A stretch of 64,000 nt of DNA from Convolutriloba macropyga (Eukaryota): contig NC_134478.1 of the NCBI RefSeq assembly GCF_964194025.1, forward strand, positions 56,358,001 to 56,422,000, given 5' to 3'. Position numbers and translations under genes: made by a program. Positions 23,101 through 38,100 of this stretch are shown one piece after another. Position 1 is the first letter of the stretch; each line of letters opens with the position of its first letter. A model generated the notes under the pieces. That model worked only from the letters and a program-made list of their open reading frames with translations. It was not told the DNA's origin and did no database searches.

Positions 23101-26100
23101 TGCTTTCTGCTTTTTCTGTTTTGTTCCGTTCGGGGGATGGATCTTTGTCTCGGATGGGTCTTGGTCTTCTATGTCTCGAATGCTGAAAAATGAAATGTTT
23201 CGTTTTTCTTGTTTTTTACTTTGATTTTTTTTTACTTTCAAAAATCAAGAATTAGTCTTTGTTACGGTGTTCCTTACGTTGTGTTTATGTTGTTCACATT
23301 CTAGTCTGTTTGATTCTAGATCTGTCTTGGCACCTACATTTATATCGGTTTTTTTTCAGTTATTAAAGAATATAGTGATATCAGCTTTTTCTTAGATTTT
23401 CTTAATTTCATTGGTTTGCAATTATTTCATTGAACATAAGGCAGTGCTGAGTATTTGCTAGCAAGCCTTTTTCAAAAATTCCCACATCACTATTTTTGTA
23501 TTTTTTATTCTGGCCTTGGTATTGTTCTTAAACGATTTGTTGCCTTCGAAGGTTATTTTGTCGCTTTTCTTGGATTTTTTAATTAATTCTTGAAATCATG
23601 TTGTCTAGCATTTATACGATAAGGAAAAAGTTTTTGTGTAGTTTTTGTGTTAATTGCGAGGATTAGATTTCTTACTGTAGTAGTTTTCTGATTCTTAATT
23701 TTGAGTATTATTTTGAAAAATTTAACTTAGGTTCTTAAGTTATTATTATCTGCCGTTTGCTTTCGCGATCTTTTTGAGATTCGAATGATGAATTATTTGA
23801 GGGCAATTAATAGCCCTGTCAGCTTTTTCAGCGTATCAGTGTTTTGACCGTCCTAATTATGTTGCACTTTTTCTAACGTTACCAAACGTTTTCAATGATA
23901 TGTATTTTTGCTGCATTTTGTTTCTTTTGGTGACAGTGGTTTGAATTTCTCCAATTTTTGGATCAGACCGGGGGGATGAGTTTATGGTTTGATACATAAG
24001 GTAATGACTTCAGCTGCAGTTTCGGTTTTTTGTAAAGTTTTTACGCTTCGAGTCGCTTCCGGAATTCTCCCGGCTATGTTTTTACAATTCAAAGAATTTG
24101 AATTGTATTGGGGCGCTTTCTTTTTTTTTAAGATTTGTTCACACACTTTTATGATTTTTGAAGTCAAATTGGAATAGTACTTTTGGTCACGCCGAAACAG
24201 GAAATGGAGCGAAAAAGCGAGTGGTTTTGTGGCGTGAAATTTTTCGCTCTAATTTGAAATTAGAGTAAGAAGTCGCTGTTTGAACAAAAGTTTGCCTTTT
24301 CGCTAGCGTTTTTTTTTGTTCAAATGCGGCAATTTCACTTTGGTTTTTACTCTTTTTCCAATTTTTTGGATCGGATTTTTTTATCTAAACAGTTTTCCCA
24401 ATCCATTCTTAGTTCATTCCAGGCCTATTTTTTTGTAAGAATCAAATTTACATTTCTCGCTAGTGGTTTTTTGTTCTCCCTAGTGGCATTTTGACATCGA
24501 TTATCTGTTTCTTTTGGTTTTTTTGATCTGGTTTTTTAGAAATGTTTTTCCCAATTCACTCATAGTCCCTTCTAGGTCTAGTTTTTTGCTTAGTCAATGA
24601 AAACTCTTTGAATTTTACGTCAGGACTTGTCCTGCTATGTTTTTTTTGTTTCGTCGTCTTACGCTCTTTTTTGTTTTACCTTTGTTCACGCAGCAAAGCT
24701 GAAAGTCAAATTTTCTTAATGACTTCTTCCTCTCACTAACAGCTTTTGTGGTCGTGACGTCATTTCTCATTCTCTCTCTAGCAAAGGTTTTCAGCTCATT
24801 TGCGTGATTAGGATTTTTTCATAAGTGACTTGCCTCACTCAATAAAATGACTTTTGCACTTTAAAACATAAGTTTATTTTGAATTAGTTTAAGGTCAAAA
24901 GTCCGTAATAAAAGGCTTCTGTGGAATGAATTTCAACAAGTTTTATTAATTGATAGCTGAATGTTTTTGACCTAGCTTTTTGAGCGGCGTTGATTCTTCA
25001 ACTTATATCTGTATCTGTTTCTAACTCTATTAGATTGCACGCAAGTCTATTCTTTCGCAGCTATTCCGGCAATCTGCCGGCTATGTTTTTAAAACCCAAT
25101 ATATACACGCTATTTTTACATTAAAACAATATATTGAAGCATAATAACGCATAATATACAACACCGCATAATTTGGAACCCCGGGTCAATAGCATTTTAG
25201 GAACTCTCCGAAAACTTTTAATTGACAAAGGGATAATGCTGACTGAGTAGGGACAGAATAGCTCCATCATGATGGCCAGGTTTTGCTTAAGTTGCTGCGA
25301 TTGACGACTAAATGTGGTCCTAGTGTTCTTCGATTAGAGAGGGTATTTCTTTTAGATAAATTTACAGATAAAAAAAATTGTAGAATAAAAAAATTACTGT
25401 TGTTCCGTTTCAGCTGACACAAGATCTGGTTTTGGTGCTTCTCTGATACTGTTGATAGTCTTTATCTGGATAGCCCTCGTATTCTCCGGACTGGCAGCCA
25501 CTTTGGTGCGCGTGTTCGCACCCTACGCCTGTGGAAGTGGTATACCCGAAATCAAGACTATTCTGGGCGGGTTTATTATCAAGGGGTGAGTAGAACGGAG
25601 CAATTGTATTCGCGTTCTCATAAAAATGAGAAGATTCGTTTGTATGATTAATAGCCGCGAAGCGGTAATGGCTCCTATTGGGGTCATCGTGGTTTTTTAT
25701 TTTAATCCAAGAACTGGATTGTATTGGTGCTGCAAGAAGTGGGAAGGCTTTGAGAAGTGGGAAGAGTTTGACAATTAAAAGAAATGGGAAGAGTTTCACA
25801 ATTTAAAACTCAAGAGTTTGACAAATCAGTTGTACAATGACGATTTCAATAGATCTCATAAAAACTTAATTCACGCTGCTAAAAAGACAGAGAGAAATGG
25901 TTGCTGATTAATGAAATACGTAATTCCGACAAATTAAAGCCAAATATACAATGCATTAAAGATGTTTTCAATGATTTTGTTTCCGAACCCAGGAAAATTG
26001 CAAATCGCTTAATTACAGATTTTCCAATCTTGGCAAATAGACTGGTCCAAAAAGACAAATCCCTCAAAGTTCAATAATTACCCATAAAAATTTCGGTTCA

Positions 26101-29100
26101 TTAGTCTTAAAGAATGCAAAGGTGCAATTACATTGTTTGGTAGAAACAAGCCACTGGGAACGGCATCAATTACTTCATGGGCCATTAGAAAACAAATTAG
26201 ATTCTTTATTTCTGGAAATTTAAACAAGGGCTTCTACCGTCCTTTGATATTACACTTGGCCAACCACTCCCGACGTGGACAATCGCAGAAGCAAATAGAA
26301 CATAGAAACTTTTCTGCAAAGATAGCTTCAAAAGCAATATGTTGCGGTATGGATTTGTTCATTCTGCAATAAAAAGTCGGAATGACCTCCCGCATTCCAT
26401 AAAACGTAACGCCAATAAGAAAAAATCTCACCTAGTCAATTTTCAATTGAAAAAGTTTAATTCAAATCCAGAATATTGTTCATTAGGTACAAACTATCTT
26501 GGTTTGATTTTAAGTTCAAGAGCGTTTAATTTGCTGGGCTTAGTGACGCAATTTTTTTTAATTCGTCGTCTCCATCGATGATTCTTGCGACCATTGACTT
26601 TTTCCTTATCTGGGACTTCTAGTGCTTTGCAGTTAAAGTTTGGGTGCGTGACGTTATTTTTTCTGCTTTTAGGTAAATTGCGTGACTTACTCACTCAAAA
26701 AATGAATTCTTAGCTGACTTAATGAATTTTGAGTTTTTTGAACATTTACTAGTTAAAGATGAATTGTGTGCATCTAAGTAGTGCCAAAACGTTTATGCCC
26801 CAATTCTTCAGTATTGGAGTCTTGAGTTTTTGGTTTCGAATCTTAATTTTGAAAGGCTCTATTAGGGCTTTTTCCTTATGGAGTTAGGTGTCTCATTAAA
26901 TTGACAGTCCGAATCTAACCCAGAAAGTTTAGTGGTCTATTAAAAGATTGGCGGTCAATTTGTCTATCTTATTTTTTTGTTTCAATTCAATGAAGGCCAC
27001 AGATGTCTATCGCGGCTATTTTCCGACAATCTGCCGGCTATGTTTTTAATATGTTTTCACATTTTTTCATGACTTTGAGCGGGATAAACAGGAAAATCTC
27101 AGCTGGCATCATGTTTCTTTTGAGGTCCTTAGCCGCGATAAGCAGAATTTAATTGCTTGGAATGGTGAAGCTACTGGGAAAGTCGTAAGTCACGGTCAGA
27201 AGGTCATTTTAAGGAGTTTTTCAGATTTTTTTTCCTTTTTTCAACCTACGCGAATGGGAACCTCCTCTAGGGTTTGATAATATGTTACTGCTTGGTTTCT
27301 TGTGGCATTGGAGTGGTTTTCAACCTTTTTGTATAACCATTTTTTACAATTTTACGACAAAAGTTGCAATATTTTTGATTTTTGAAAATTTGACTTTTTT
27401 TTACTTTTTTGTGTTCAGGTGCCAAAGAACCTCGTCAATGGTTTTTATGTTAATTTACTGCATTGTTGTTAATGGCAATGGAGCGGTTTTCAACCTTTTA
27501 ATGTCAAACTTTAGCAACTTTTTGAAAAAGATTGAAATTTCAAGTTTTTCTGAGGTTGGTGTCATTTTTTTTACTGGTTTTAACCTCAGGGGCGAGAAAA
27601 CCTCCAATACGGTCTGATAATAATTTTCTGCTTAGTTTTCAATTGCAATGAAATTCACCATTATTTTAATATTACAAATTTTAGCAGCGTTTTTCATTTT
27701 TTGAAAATATTTGGCTTTCACTTTTTCTTGTCTCAGGGGTCAGGTAACCTCCTCCAGGGTTTGGTAGTTTGTTTTTGCATAATTGCTGGGAGAAGGGAAC
27801 TGTCGTCAACTTTTAATTTTACAAATTTCTGCAAATTTTGAAAGTTTTTTTTTGAAAAAATTTCAAAAAATTTTTGCCAAGTTTCTAGTTTATTGATCTT
27901 TTTGAGCCATTGCAGCTTTTTGAAGCTTGAAATTGGGTTACTGAATAGCATCTGGAGAGAATGAAATGGTTCTCAAGAAACTGATATCTAAAATTTAGAA
28001 CCATTTCATTAAAATTTGCAATTTTCAAATTTCTTGATATTTTGTCATTTTCGTAGTTTATCAATCGTTATCGGCCAGTGCTAATGAAACTTATTTAGGT
28101 CTTGCAGACAGGTTACTGGACAGATTTCAGAGAGAAAAAAAGATTTAAATTTTTTTGTATTGCGGAATTTAGAAACAATCTTGAAATCTTTCAGTATTTG
28201 GCATGTTTCGATTTTTGCTTTTTTGGCCGATAAACATCTTTCAAGGCTTGTGCTTGTGTAAATGGGTATGTTTAATTGTATCAAACTTGGCCTTCAGTGT
28301 AAAAGCTTCAAGACTTTTAGCATGATTATATTTTTTACTTTGTTCGATTTTAGTTTCTCAACTTTTGAATTGAACTGTTTTTCTTTTGGCTGGCGTGCTT
28401 CAACTAATCTTCTGGTCAGGTACAGTAGTTCATTTTATTCAATTCTTTGGATTGTATTTCAGGACTTGTCCTGCTTTGTTTTTATTATCTCGCTACCATT
28501 GATTTTTTCAATTTCATTGCCTTCTACTGCTTTGCAGTTAAAATTTGTGTGCGTCACTTTGTGTTCTGCTTGTAGGTCAATTGCGTGACTTCACTCACTC
28601 AAAAAAATGACTTCTGAACTCACTCAATGAACTTTAAGTTTTATGCACATTTACTTGTTAAAGGTCAGTAGTGTGCATCTAAGTAATGAGAAACGTATAT
28701 GCCCTAACTCTTGAGCATTAGAGTCTTTTGATTTCCAATATTAATTTTGAAAAAGCTCTAATAGGGCCTTTCCCTTATCGAGCGTGTGTGTCTCATAAAA
28801 ATGACAGTCCGAATCTAACCCAAAAATTTTAGTGGTCTATTTAAAGACTGGTGACCAATCTGTCTATCTTATTTCTTTAGTTGTTTCGACTCCATGGAAG
28901 GCCACATGCGTCTACCGCGGCTACTTTCCGACAATCTGCCGGCTATGTTTTGACAAAAGTGTAGGATGCAAAACAAAATCAATGCACTGTATGTTTTTCT
29001 TTAGCTTTAAAACCGTTGTCTTACGAGACCTTGTATTCAAACTTTTGCTCGCATTATATATAGAAATTGTTTTCATAACCTTGTGGGGTTGTAAGATGAA

Positions 29101-32100
29101 CAACTTAAACAACAAATAAGTGTCTGAAATGTATAAAAAGTTTTGGTGCCAACGTTCGATTTGTATTTGCCATTAGCTGCATGAATGAATGAAGTCTTTT
29201 CTGTCTGACTAGCTTTACCTGTTCTTTTCTGAAGTCGAATAGTTTTTGAAATAGGAAAATAGGGACTACAGTAATAGCAAGTCGGTTAACATAGTTGTAT
29301 TAATTTGGGCGTATTATATCAATTTTTTTTGGCGAGTTGGCTTTTTATCTGAGTTTTAGAGCAAATTTAATTTTTCTATTTGCACAGAATAAAATGGATG
29401 TGTAATCCATAATTTGCTTTATCTAATTCTAATATTGCAACTGATAATAATGTGTTACATGCATTTGATGAAAGAAAAAGCCGATCACTTTGAAAAACAA
29501 CCTTTGATGTGTACAGACTGAAGATTGGAGATTATGGCGGCAGGCAGTTTATGCCCGCTACAGAAGCTAAGGTACATATTGGGCAACATATGCTGCAATC
29601 TATTATGCTATTCTGAATTGAAGATAAAATTTGAAGCTGCACTTCTAAACGGCAATCTTGTTCAGGTTTTTTTTCTGACGACTGTAGCAGTACAAAATTT
29701 CCAGATAGACCTTTCTGAGCGTGAATTCTTGCGTTTTGTAAATGCTTCATTTATGAATTCTTTGTTTTCATATAGGGCTCATAAATGCAAACTTGGATCT
29801 CATGCAAGGATCATGTAGAATTTCTTTGTTTCATGGTAGGATCGTACTAGGAAATACAGTATGAGCAGTTTTAAACCTTATGTGGCCCTTGCATGTACTA
29901 AAGCAATGGGTTTTGGCATCGGCTGTGTTTTGCACAGGAACTGTTCCATCCTATGAAATAACTTATTTTAATAGTCGCCATGACTCAGATGCCTAGTATT
30001 TAGACGCTGTCGACTCAACGATTCGAGTGAGTTTTTAGGTCAATCTTCTGAACAGAAGTTTAAAAGAATAGAAATGGACTGTTTTTTGGTCTGTGCATTA
30101 CTTAATGTTGATCGAGAATTTTTTTTGGTAAAATTTTTTCAAGGTGAGGAGAATGAATTGTTCACGTGCGGCATTTTCTGACTCTGTTCTGACACTAAGT
30201 ATTCTAGCCCAAGTGGCTCTGTGTACTTTTTTCGATTAATAATTGTACGCTTAGGAAAATTTATGATTATTTTAAGCATTTATCAGACCTGTATAATGCA
30301 TTTTGTTTCATTCTTTTGTCCCAATTATTCAATTTCTTAATTCATGATTGGTTTGGCATAGTGGTCAGACGTATGTTGTTTAATTGCTCTCAAACGAAGT
30401 TTGAAGCAATCATATTAGTCCTGTCGGTCTTTTTTATGCGATTTTTCGCTTGACCGATTTTTTGTCTGATGCTTTTGACTTTTCGTCCTCAAAAACGGGA
30501 TAAACAAGTAGCGCCCTGCAGGTATTAAGTGCTCTTAGAGCCTTTCAGCTCTGTCTCAGCTCAAACTGTTTTGGAGACTTATACTTATGGTGTGGAAGGC
30601 GGTTCTTAGAGGTTGAAGACACCCCCACTGCGCTGTTGCCCCTCCAGCCCACTTTTGCCCATCCCCCTCCCTCCCCATCAGCCCCCCGGTGAAATTTTTT
30701 GTCGATTTTTAAGTTTAGCCACCCTCAAGAGCCGAGAAACACCACGAATTTCACCACGAATTTCAACAACACGAATTTCACCACGAATTTCAGCATTTTT
30801 TTTAAAAAAAAACTTGCCATTTTTTTTTCAATTTTTTAACATTGTCATTATTCACGTATTTCAACCTAAGAGAAAATTTCTGTTACGGTTTGATAATAAG
30901 TTACTGGAAAATGTTTTTGGCCATGGATTAGTTTTCAATTTTTTTTTATCACAAGTTTTAGCAGTTTTTTATGCAATTTTTTCAAGTTTTTTTTTGAAAT
31001 TTGTCATTTTTTAGTTTCTCCAGCCTCAAGAGCCACATAACCTCTTCTGGGCTTAATAATAGGTAACTGCATAACTTCTAGATGAAATGGAATGTTTTTG
31101 AAGATTTAAACGTCAGCAATTTTTAAAAAATATTTGCAATTTTTTCAAGTTTTGATTATTTTTGAATTTTTCAACTTTTGGCCGGCAACAGGGTCCTAGA
31201 GACCTCCTCCAGGGTTTGATGATAAGCTGTCGCATAGTTTCTATGGTTAATAGAATGGTTATCAATATTTTAATGACTCCAGCTTTAGCAATTTTTTGAT
31301 AAAGTTTTATTTTTAAATTTTCGGAAAGTTATTATCGTGTTCCAAGTTTATGGAGCTTAATGAGCCAGTGAAACTATTTAAAGCTTGAAATAGGGATACT
31401 GAATAGTCTCTTGGGACAATAAAATTGTTTTGAAGATGTGCATATCTTGAATTTTAGCAAGATTTTGTTAAAATTTGCGATTGTTTTCAATATTTTTGAA
31501 TATTTTTGATCTTTTCTGAGTTTAACGATCATTACTGGCCAACGAAGCCTTTCAATTTTTGCAGATGGTTTACCTGACATAACTTCCGAGAAAAAAATGG
31601 TTTTGAACATTTTGCCTTCGAAATCTTGAAGCTTTTTTTTTAACTTTTGCAGTATTTGGCAAATTTTTAAAATATGTTTTTTATTTATTTACTAACAAGG
31701 CTAGAAAACTAAAAGTTGCAGAGTGGAATCAAGCCTTACTTCGCCTCAATAAACTGTGGCTAGCTACTGACGAAGCCAACCGCTCGCCGGTCGTTGGAGA
31801 GCCATTCGCGCGACGTTAGTCGGTTACGTTTAATTGCTTCCAAACGAAGTTTGTAGCCATTATATTAGTCATGTTGGTTTTTTTATGCGATTTTTGGCTT
31901 GACCATTTTTTTCGAATGACGCTTTTGATTTTTGTGCTCAAAAACGAGATAAAGCGGTAGCGCTCAATGGGCTTTTGAGTGCTCTGAGAGCCTTTCAGCT
32001 CTGTTTCATCTCAAATTGTTTTGGAGACCTATACTTATGGTGTGAAGGGCGTTCTTAGAGGTTGAAGACACCCCCACTGTTGATCCCCTCACCCTCACCA

Positions 32101-35100
32101 ATGCCCCCCTCCGCGCTGTTTCCCCTCACCCCACTGTTGCCCCCCCTCGTGGCTAGCTACTGACGAACAACAGCACGCTAAAAATAACTTTTTTTTTCAT
32201 TCTTTTTGAAAGTTTTCGCCATTTTTTATGTTTTGTCAGCCCTAGGTGTCAAGGAACCTCCTCTGGAGTTTGATAGTAGGTTACTGCATAGTGTATAGTG
32301 GTAGTGGAATGATTTCATCATTTTACCATCACGAATTTTATCTTTTTTTGACAAAAAGTGGTTTTTTTTGACATTTTTCCTTATTCTCGTCTTCCCAGAC
32401 GCAGGGGCCAAAAAAACTGCAAATTTTAGCAATTTTTTGATAAATCTTTGAAAAACTTTAGGTCGTTTTTTAGGTTTTCAGCCTCACGATTCAAGAAACG
32501 TTCTCTAGGGTCTGAGAATAGGCTTCTGTATAGTTTCTTGCTGTAATGGAATCTTTTTTAAGAGTTTAGTATCACGAATATTAGCAGTTTCTTAAAAATT
32601 TTTTGCAATTTTTGAATCTTTTTCTGGAACCCGGGTCCTAGCGGCCTCCTCCAAGGTTTGATAATATGCTGTTGCATAGTTTCAGTTTCTAGAGTTAATG
32701 AAATGATAATGAATTTTTTAATGATTCCAGCTTTATCAATTATTTTTATAAAGTTCTACAAATTTTTTGGAAAGTCATTATCATGTTCCAAGTTTATGGA
32801 TATTTGAGCCAGTAAAATTATTTGTAGCTTGAAATAGGGATACTGGAGAGTCTCTTGAGACCATGAAATGGTTTTGAAGATTTTAGGAAGATTTTGTTAA
32901 AAGTTGCGGTTGTTTTCAAAATTTTTGAATATTGTCCTTTTCTGAGTTTGACGATCATTACTGGCCAACGACACTTTTTAAGTCTTACAGATGGGTTACT
33001 TGACGGAACTCCAGAAACAAAAATTGTTTTGAACATTTTTTCATTGCGAATTCTGGAAACTTTTGTTTTAAATTTTGCAATTTTTTGCAAATTTTTAAAA
33101 TATCAGTTTTCTATTTGATTTTTTTACTAACAAGGCTAGAAAACTTGAAGTTGCAGAGTCGAATCAAGCTAAAGCTAGCCTCACCAAATCGTTGCTAGCT
33201 ACTGAGGAAGCCAACCGGTCGATTGAGAGCAATTCGCCCGATGTTAGTCGGATATGTTTGGAACTTGAATTTCGGTAAATTTGCTATACACCAATCTTGT
33301 GGATTGATCACATAGTTTTCAAGTATATGCTGGTTTTCCGCTGGTTGAGAATTAATTAATTGCCGCGTCAGTGTTGCCTTTTTTAATGGAAACAAAACCA
33401 ACAGTGGAAATTTTTGTTTGTTGAAATCGTTTCAGACCTCTCTACAAGACGATTTAAAATTGATAGGTTTTTGGATTTTGGGAAGCTACCGTGAAAGCGT
33501 GTTTTTCCGAATCAAGTTTGAATGACATCACAAAATGACAGAGCATAAAACTAATCATAAATTCTTAGTGTCTTTCCACTAAAATTTTTGAGCAGTGTTT
33601 CAATTCTTTTGATATGATAACAACTCTTTTTGTTCTTGTTCATTCTTAAAGACGAGGCTAAATTTCGCATTATACTGTTCTGGAGAACTTACAAAAAAGA
33701 CTGGGAGAGTGAATTATTCGCAATCTGACTGCTTGAAAAGGCAGGAAAAGTTTTGGTTGTTTTTCGAAGGGTTTTCCAACGAAACCGCTTTATATCTCGC
33801 CGTAAGAGGTATCGAACGGTCAACTTGGACAAAAATCCAGGGTAGCTTGTTCCTAACCCCCAAATAATTTAGTTGGTTGGAACGAAATTTCAACCCGAGG
33901 TTCCAGATCTTTGCGGGATTTTTTGGTGCTTCTACTTGAGCTGTTTTATTTGAAATTAGCTATTGGAAAGCACTGGAGCTACATTACTTTTTTAGATACC
34001 TTGGATTTTGGACTCTGTTGATCAAAACCACCACGATGATGTTAGCAGTATCCGCAGGACTTAGTCTGGGCAAAGAGGGCCCACTAGTCCACATTGCAAC
34101 CTGCTGTGGCAATTTATTTGTCCGGTTCTTCCCGAAATACGGGCGAAACGAGGCTAAGAAACGTGAAATAATGTCCGCATCATGCGCCGCCGGAGTTGCA
34201 GTTGCGTTCGGGGCACCGATGGGCGGAATTCTCTTCTCCCTCGAGGAAGCCAGCTACTATTTCCCGCTTAAAACACTGTACAGATCATTTTTCTGCGCCC
34301 TGGTTGCAACATCGGTGCTGAGTTTTATCAACCCGCTTGGCACCGACCATGCGGTTCTGTTCTACGTGGAGTACAAGACACCCTGGTACATGTTCGAACT
34401 GGTGCCCTGTGTGATCTTAGGAGTGTTCGGGGGTGTGGTGGGTGCTCTATTTATCAAATGCAATATCGAGTGGTGCAGATATAGGAAGAAGTCGGCATTG
34501 GGAAGGTACCCGATTGCTGAGGTCCTAATTGTGACAGGTAAGTACATTCATTTGTTCCTCTTAGTAGAAAAGAAAAGTTAATCTTGCGAGACACATTTAA
34601 TCTGGTACGATTCTTGTAATCGCACGATTCTTTCGGAAAAACCGTGCCATCAGGGTCGAAAAAATCGAAACGTTCTAAAATGAGGAAATAATGGCAGTTG
34701 AAAACATCATCCCGTAGAAAAAGAAGTTTAATGTAGAAGTGTTTAAGACGTTGTAGAAGTCTTTAAGACTCTACAAATGTATAGACTTTGTAAAGAAGTG
34801 TTTTTTTAAAAAAAGATGATCAAATTGATAATTTTTGTTGAGAAGGGATCAGAAAAGGCTAATGTGAATTATTGATTAGTAGCTATAGATACCTTCTCAC
34901 GTTATCAAAACATCTGCAGAAACGTAATGCACAAAGTCAAGTTTACCAATTAAAATGCAGTCGTGAAAAAGTAGATAATTACGTCGGTTCCACGGCCACA
35001 GAAACAACCAAAGTGCTCTTACGAATCGCAATAAAAAGTTCAAAGAAATCGTCACTCAATGCGGCTTCAAGTAGTTTTCAGATATAACTGTTTATCGATT

Positions 35101-38100
35101 AACTTAAGTTCAGTAAGTGAAATTTATGCTCTTTTTTGAACCTGATCTTTGCTGGGCTATACTAGTGTGGGGCTATAAAAGGAAAGACAGAAAGTTAATA
35201 ATACAACAAAATGTACTGCAGGTGTGACGGCAATTCTGAGCTACTTCAACGAGTACACGTGGATGCCGACTAATCAGCTGATTTACAGACTGTTCAGAGA
35301 CTGTCCAGAGACAGACACCTCTGACTTGTGTGATTACGTCATCCACACCAACACAAACGCCACTGACCTCAATGCTACAACTGTCAACCAGAACGAACAC
35401 AGATACCCCAATGCACTTGCGGGGCCTGGCATCAGAACTGCCATCTGGAAGCTGATCATGGCGCTTATTGTGAAAGGTTAGGGGTTTTTTATCCACAAAA
35501 GAACTTAGCGATAAAGAGTGACGATGAGAATTTAATTATTCAGCAAGATGACCAGAACTTGTATCGTTCAGAACTTTAAAAAAAGGCTCTTTTTGATCAC
35601 CCGGCTGTTATGACGAGCCAAATATAGAGATTTTTTAGTTTCAGTTTGCAGTTATGCTACGCTGATATAAATGCATTCGTATTTGTACCTGTGACAATTA
35701 ACTACAGATGGGAGATGCAAAATTGGGCTAGACAGGTTTGATTAAGTGGGTGCAGTATTGTGTTCGTTTAACTCCTCGACTAACATTTCAAACAGTTCGC
35801 AGGTTTTTCTATTAACTTTGAAAAAGTACTACTGATACAGTGTCTCTCAAACGAAGTTTGTAACAACAAGGAGGCTCGTTAATGTGCGTTCGCACGTAAT
35901 ATTCCGAACCCGCTCATCCCCATTCGGCTTAATTGTCTACCAAATGAGGATGGGATAGAAAACTTTTAAAAAATTAAGTATTTTTCAAAAATAACTAGTG
36001 TATCAATAAAAATATGGGTCCAACTCAAATAACTGTGGACTACAAAATGCCGCTTTAGAAGGCCGAGGAGAGTTGCCTTTATTAAGATTACGAGCCAAGA
36101 CACACAACGAAATCAAATAACAACAACAATTATTAATAACATCTAAAATTCGACGCCTATCTGTAGAGAAACTTAACGTAGAAAAACTTAACGTATAGAA
36201 AAACAAAAACTAAATAGCGGCAGATAAAACCTAAACTAAACAAAATACTTAGTTCATTTTTCTTCAATGGAAAAGAATTGGAAGCAGTCCTTAATGAGAC
36301 TCGGTAGAAGTAGACAAAAAACAACAAAAACCGCTAACATAAAAAGTACGCTCATATTTTTTGAAGGCAATTGGTTCTCAAGTAATTAAAACACTTAGAT
36401 ATGAACTGAAATCATGAAATACGTTTTTAATACGATCAATTATAACGCCGTAAGATAACACATTGGGACCTCTCATTAATAAGATTTCATACGACTAGAA
36501 AAAACAACACAAGTATAGAAACACAAAAATTTTTGCGAGAAAACGGTGACGAAGCTGCTAAAACCATAATCTGTTCCCTAAAAAGAAGAAATTTGTCTTG
36601 TGCGGTTTTTCAATGCCATTAAAGTGATATGTGACTGCATTAATGAGACTAGATAACAAATCGACGGGAAAAGATCCATCTTAAAAATGTTTTGAATTTT
36701 TCGAAAACAATTAGAAGGTCAAGAGGATTAGCTATACATTGAACTAAAAAAATTAGTTTTATTTATTCCCCTAAACAAGAACATTCAGACTTTTTTGATC
36801 AGAATATGTCCTAAGTTTACAAAAAGAACGTCAAATACAAACAAAAAATCAATTTTTTTTTGGAATAACCTGTATCGAAGCCGTTAAAAACATATTGAAT
36901 TAGACGTGTTGGAATCGCTTAAAACATTAGATATGTTAAACATCGCCTATCGTCTTATTCAGCAACGTGATGTGTGACCTGTATTTAATAAGACTAGGTA
37001 GCAAATGGACAAAAATGAACAGAAGACGCAGAGTTAAAAAATGTTTTTTTTTAAATAAAAAAACAATAATTTTTTAAAGTCATCAAAACAATCAGCAATA
37101 AATAAATTAGAATTGTTAAACAGGTACTTTTAATCCTCCAAATGAAGCTATTGAGGTCTGTCTTTATCAGAAAATGTTATAGGGTAACAAAAATGTTGTC
37201 AAACACAGACGAATATAAAAAAGAGAAAATCCGAAAAACTGGTGTCAAACCCGTTGTAACCAAACCATTTCGCTGAAAAGTGCAGATATGTTCAACTGCG
37301 CTTTTTTTCTACACCAATATTGTGATATATGACGTGTAATTAACTAAAATATTTAATTAACCAAAATAGACAAAAAAGAACAGAAAACGCAAAGTTAAGA
37401 AATATTTAAAATTTTCTGAAAACCATATTTCAAGTCATCAAAACAGTCAGCTATCAGTTCAAGTCATTAAACTGTTTCCTTTCTTCCTCATACGGAAGCC
37501 ATTGAGACCTGTCATTAATCAAAAGATGTTATGCCTTCACAAGAAGAAACTCAAACACAAAAGTTAAAAATTTTGGCAAAAAGCCGGCGTAGAAGCCGTT
37601 AAATCCATAAATTTAGTTAAGCACTAGCTCTATTCAAATAAGTTTTCCTCAATGCCAAAAAAATGATATCTGACTTGTTTTTTTAAGACTGGGTAAGAAA
37701 AAGACAAAAAATGATTCAAAGCTAAACAATTTTTTTTGAAAACATTTATTTTCAAATTCATGAAAATCTATCAGCTGTAATATGAAATATTTAACATGTT
37801 ATTCCGTACAGAAGCCACTGAGACTTGTCAAATAGCAGAATTTGTCCAACGTTTAAAGAAGAACTTCAAATACGGACTAGAAGCAAAAAACAATTTAATT
37901 TTTGAAAAACCGTTGTCGAAGCTATTAAAACCAGAATTATTTCACTTAAAAAATGGATATCTCCAATTGCGGCTCCTTTTGACGCGAAAACGTGATATGT
38001 GACGTCTGATTAATGAGGGTAGGTAGCAAGTAGGCAAAAAGAACAGAAGATTAAAAAGAATTTAAAAAATCTTATACATTTGTTGAAAGATTTATCAACT

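Noticed and set aside
25410-25799. 129-aa minus-strand ORF with a signal-peptide-like start
   Set aside because: It is the antisense of CLC exon 4 plus short intronic repeats.
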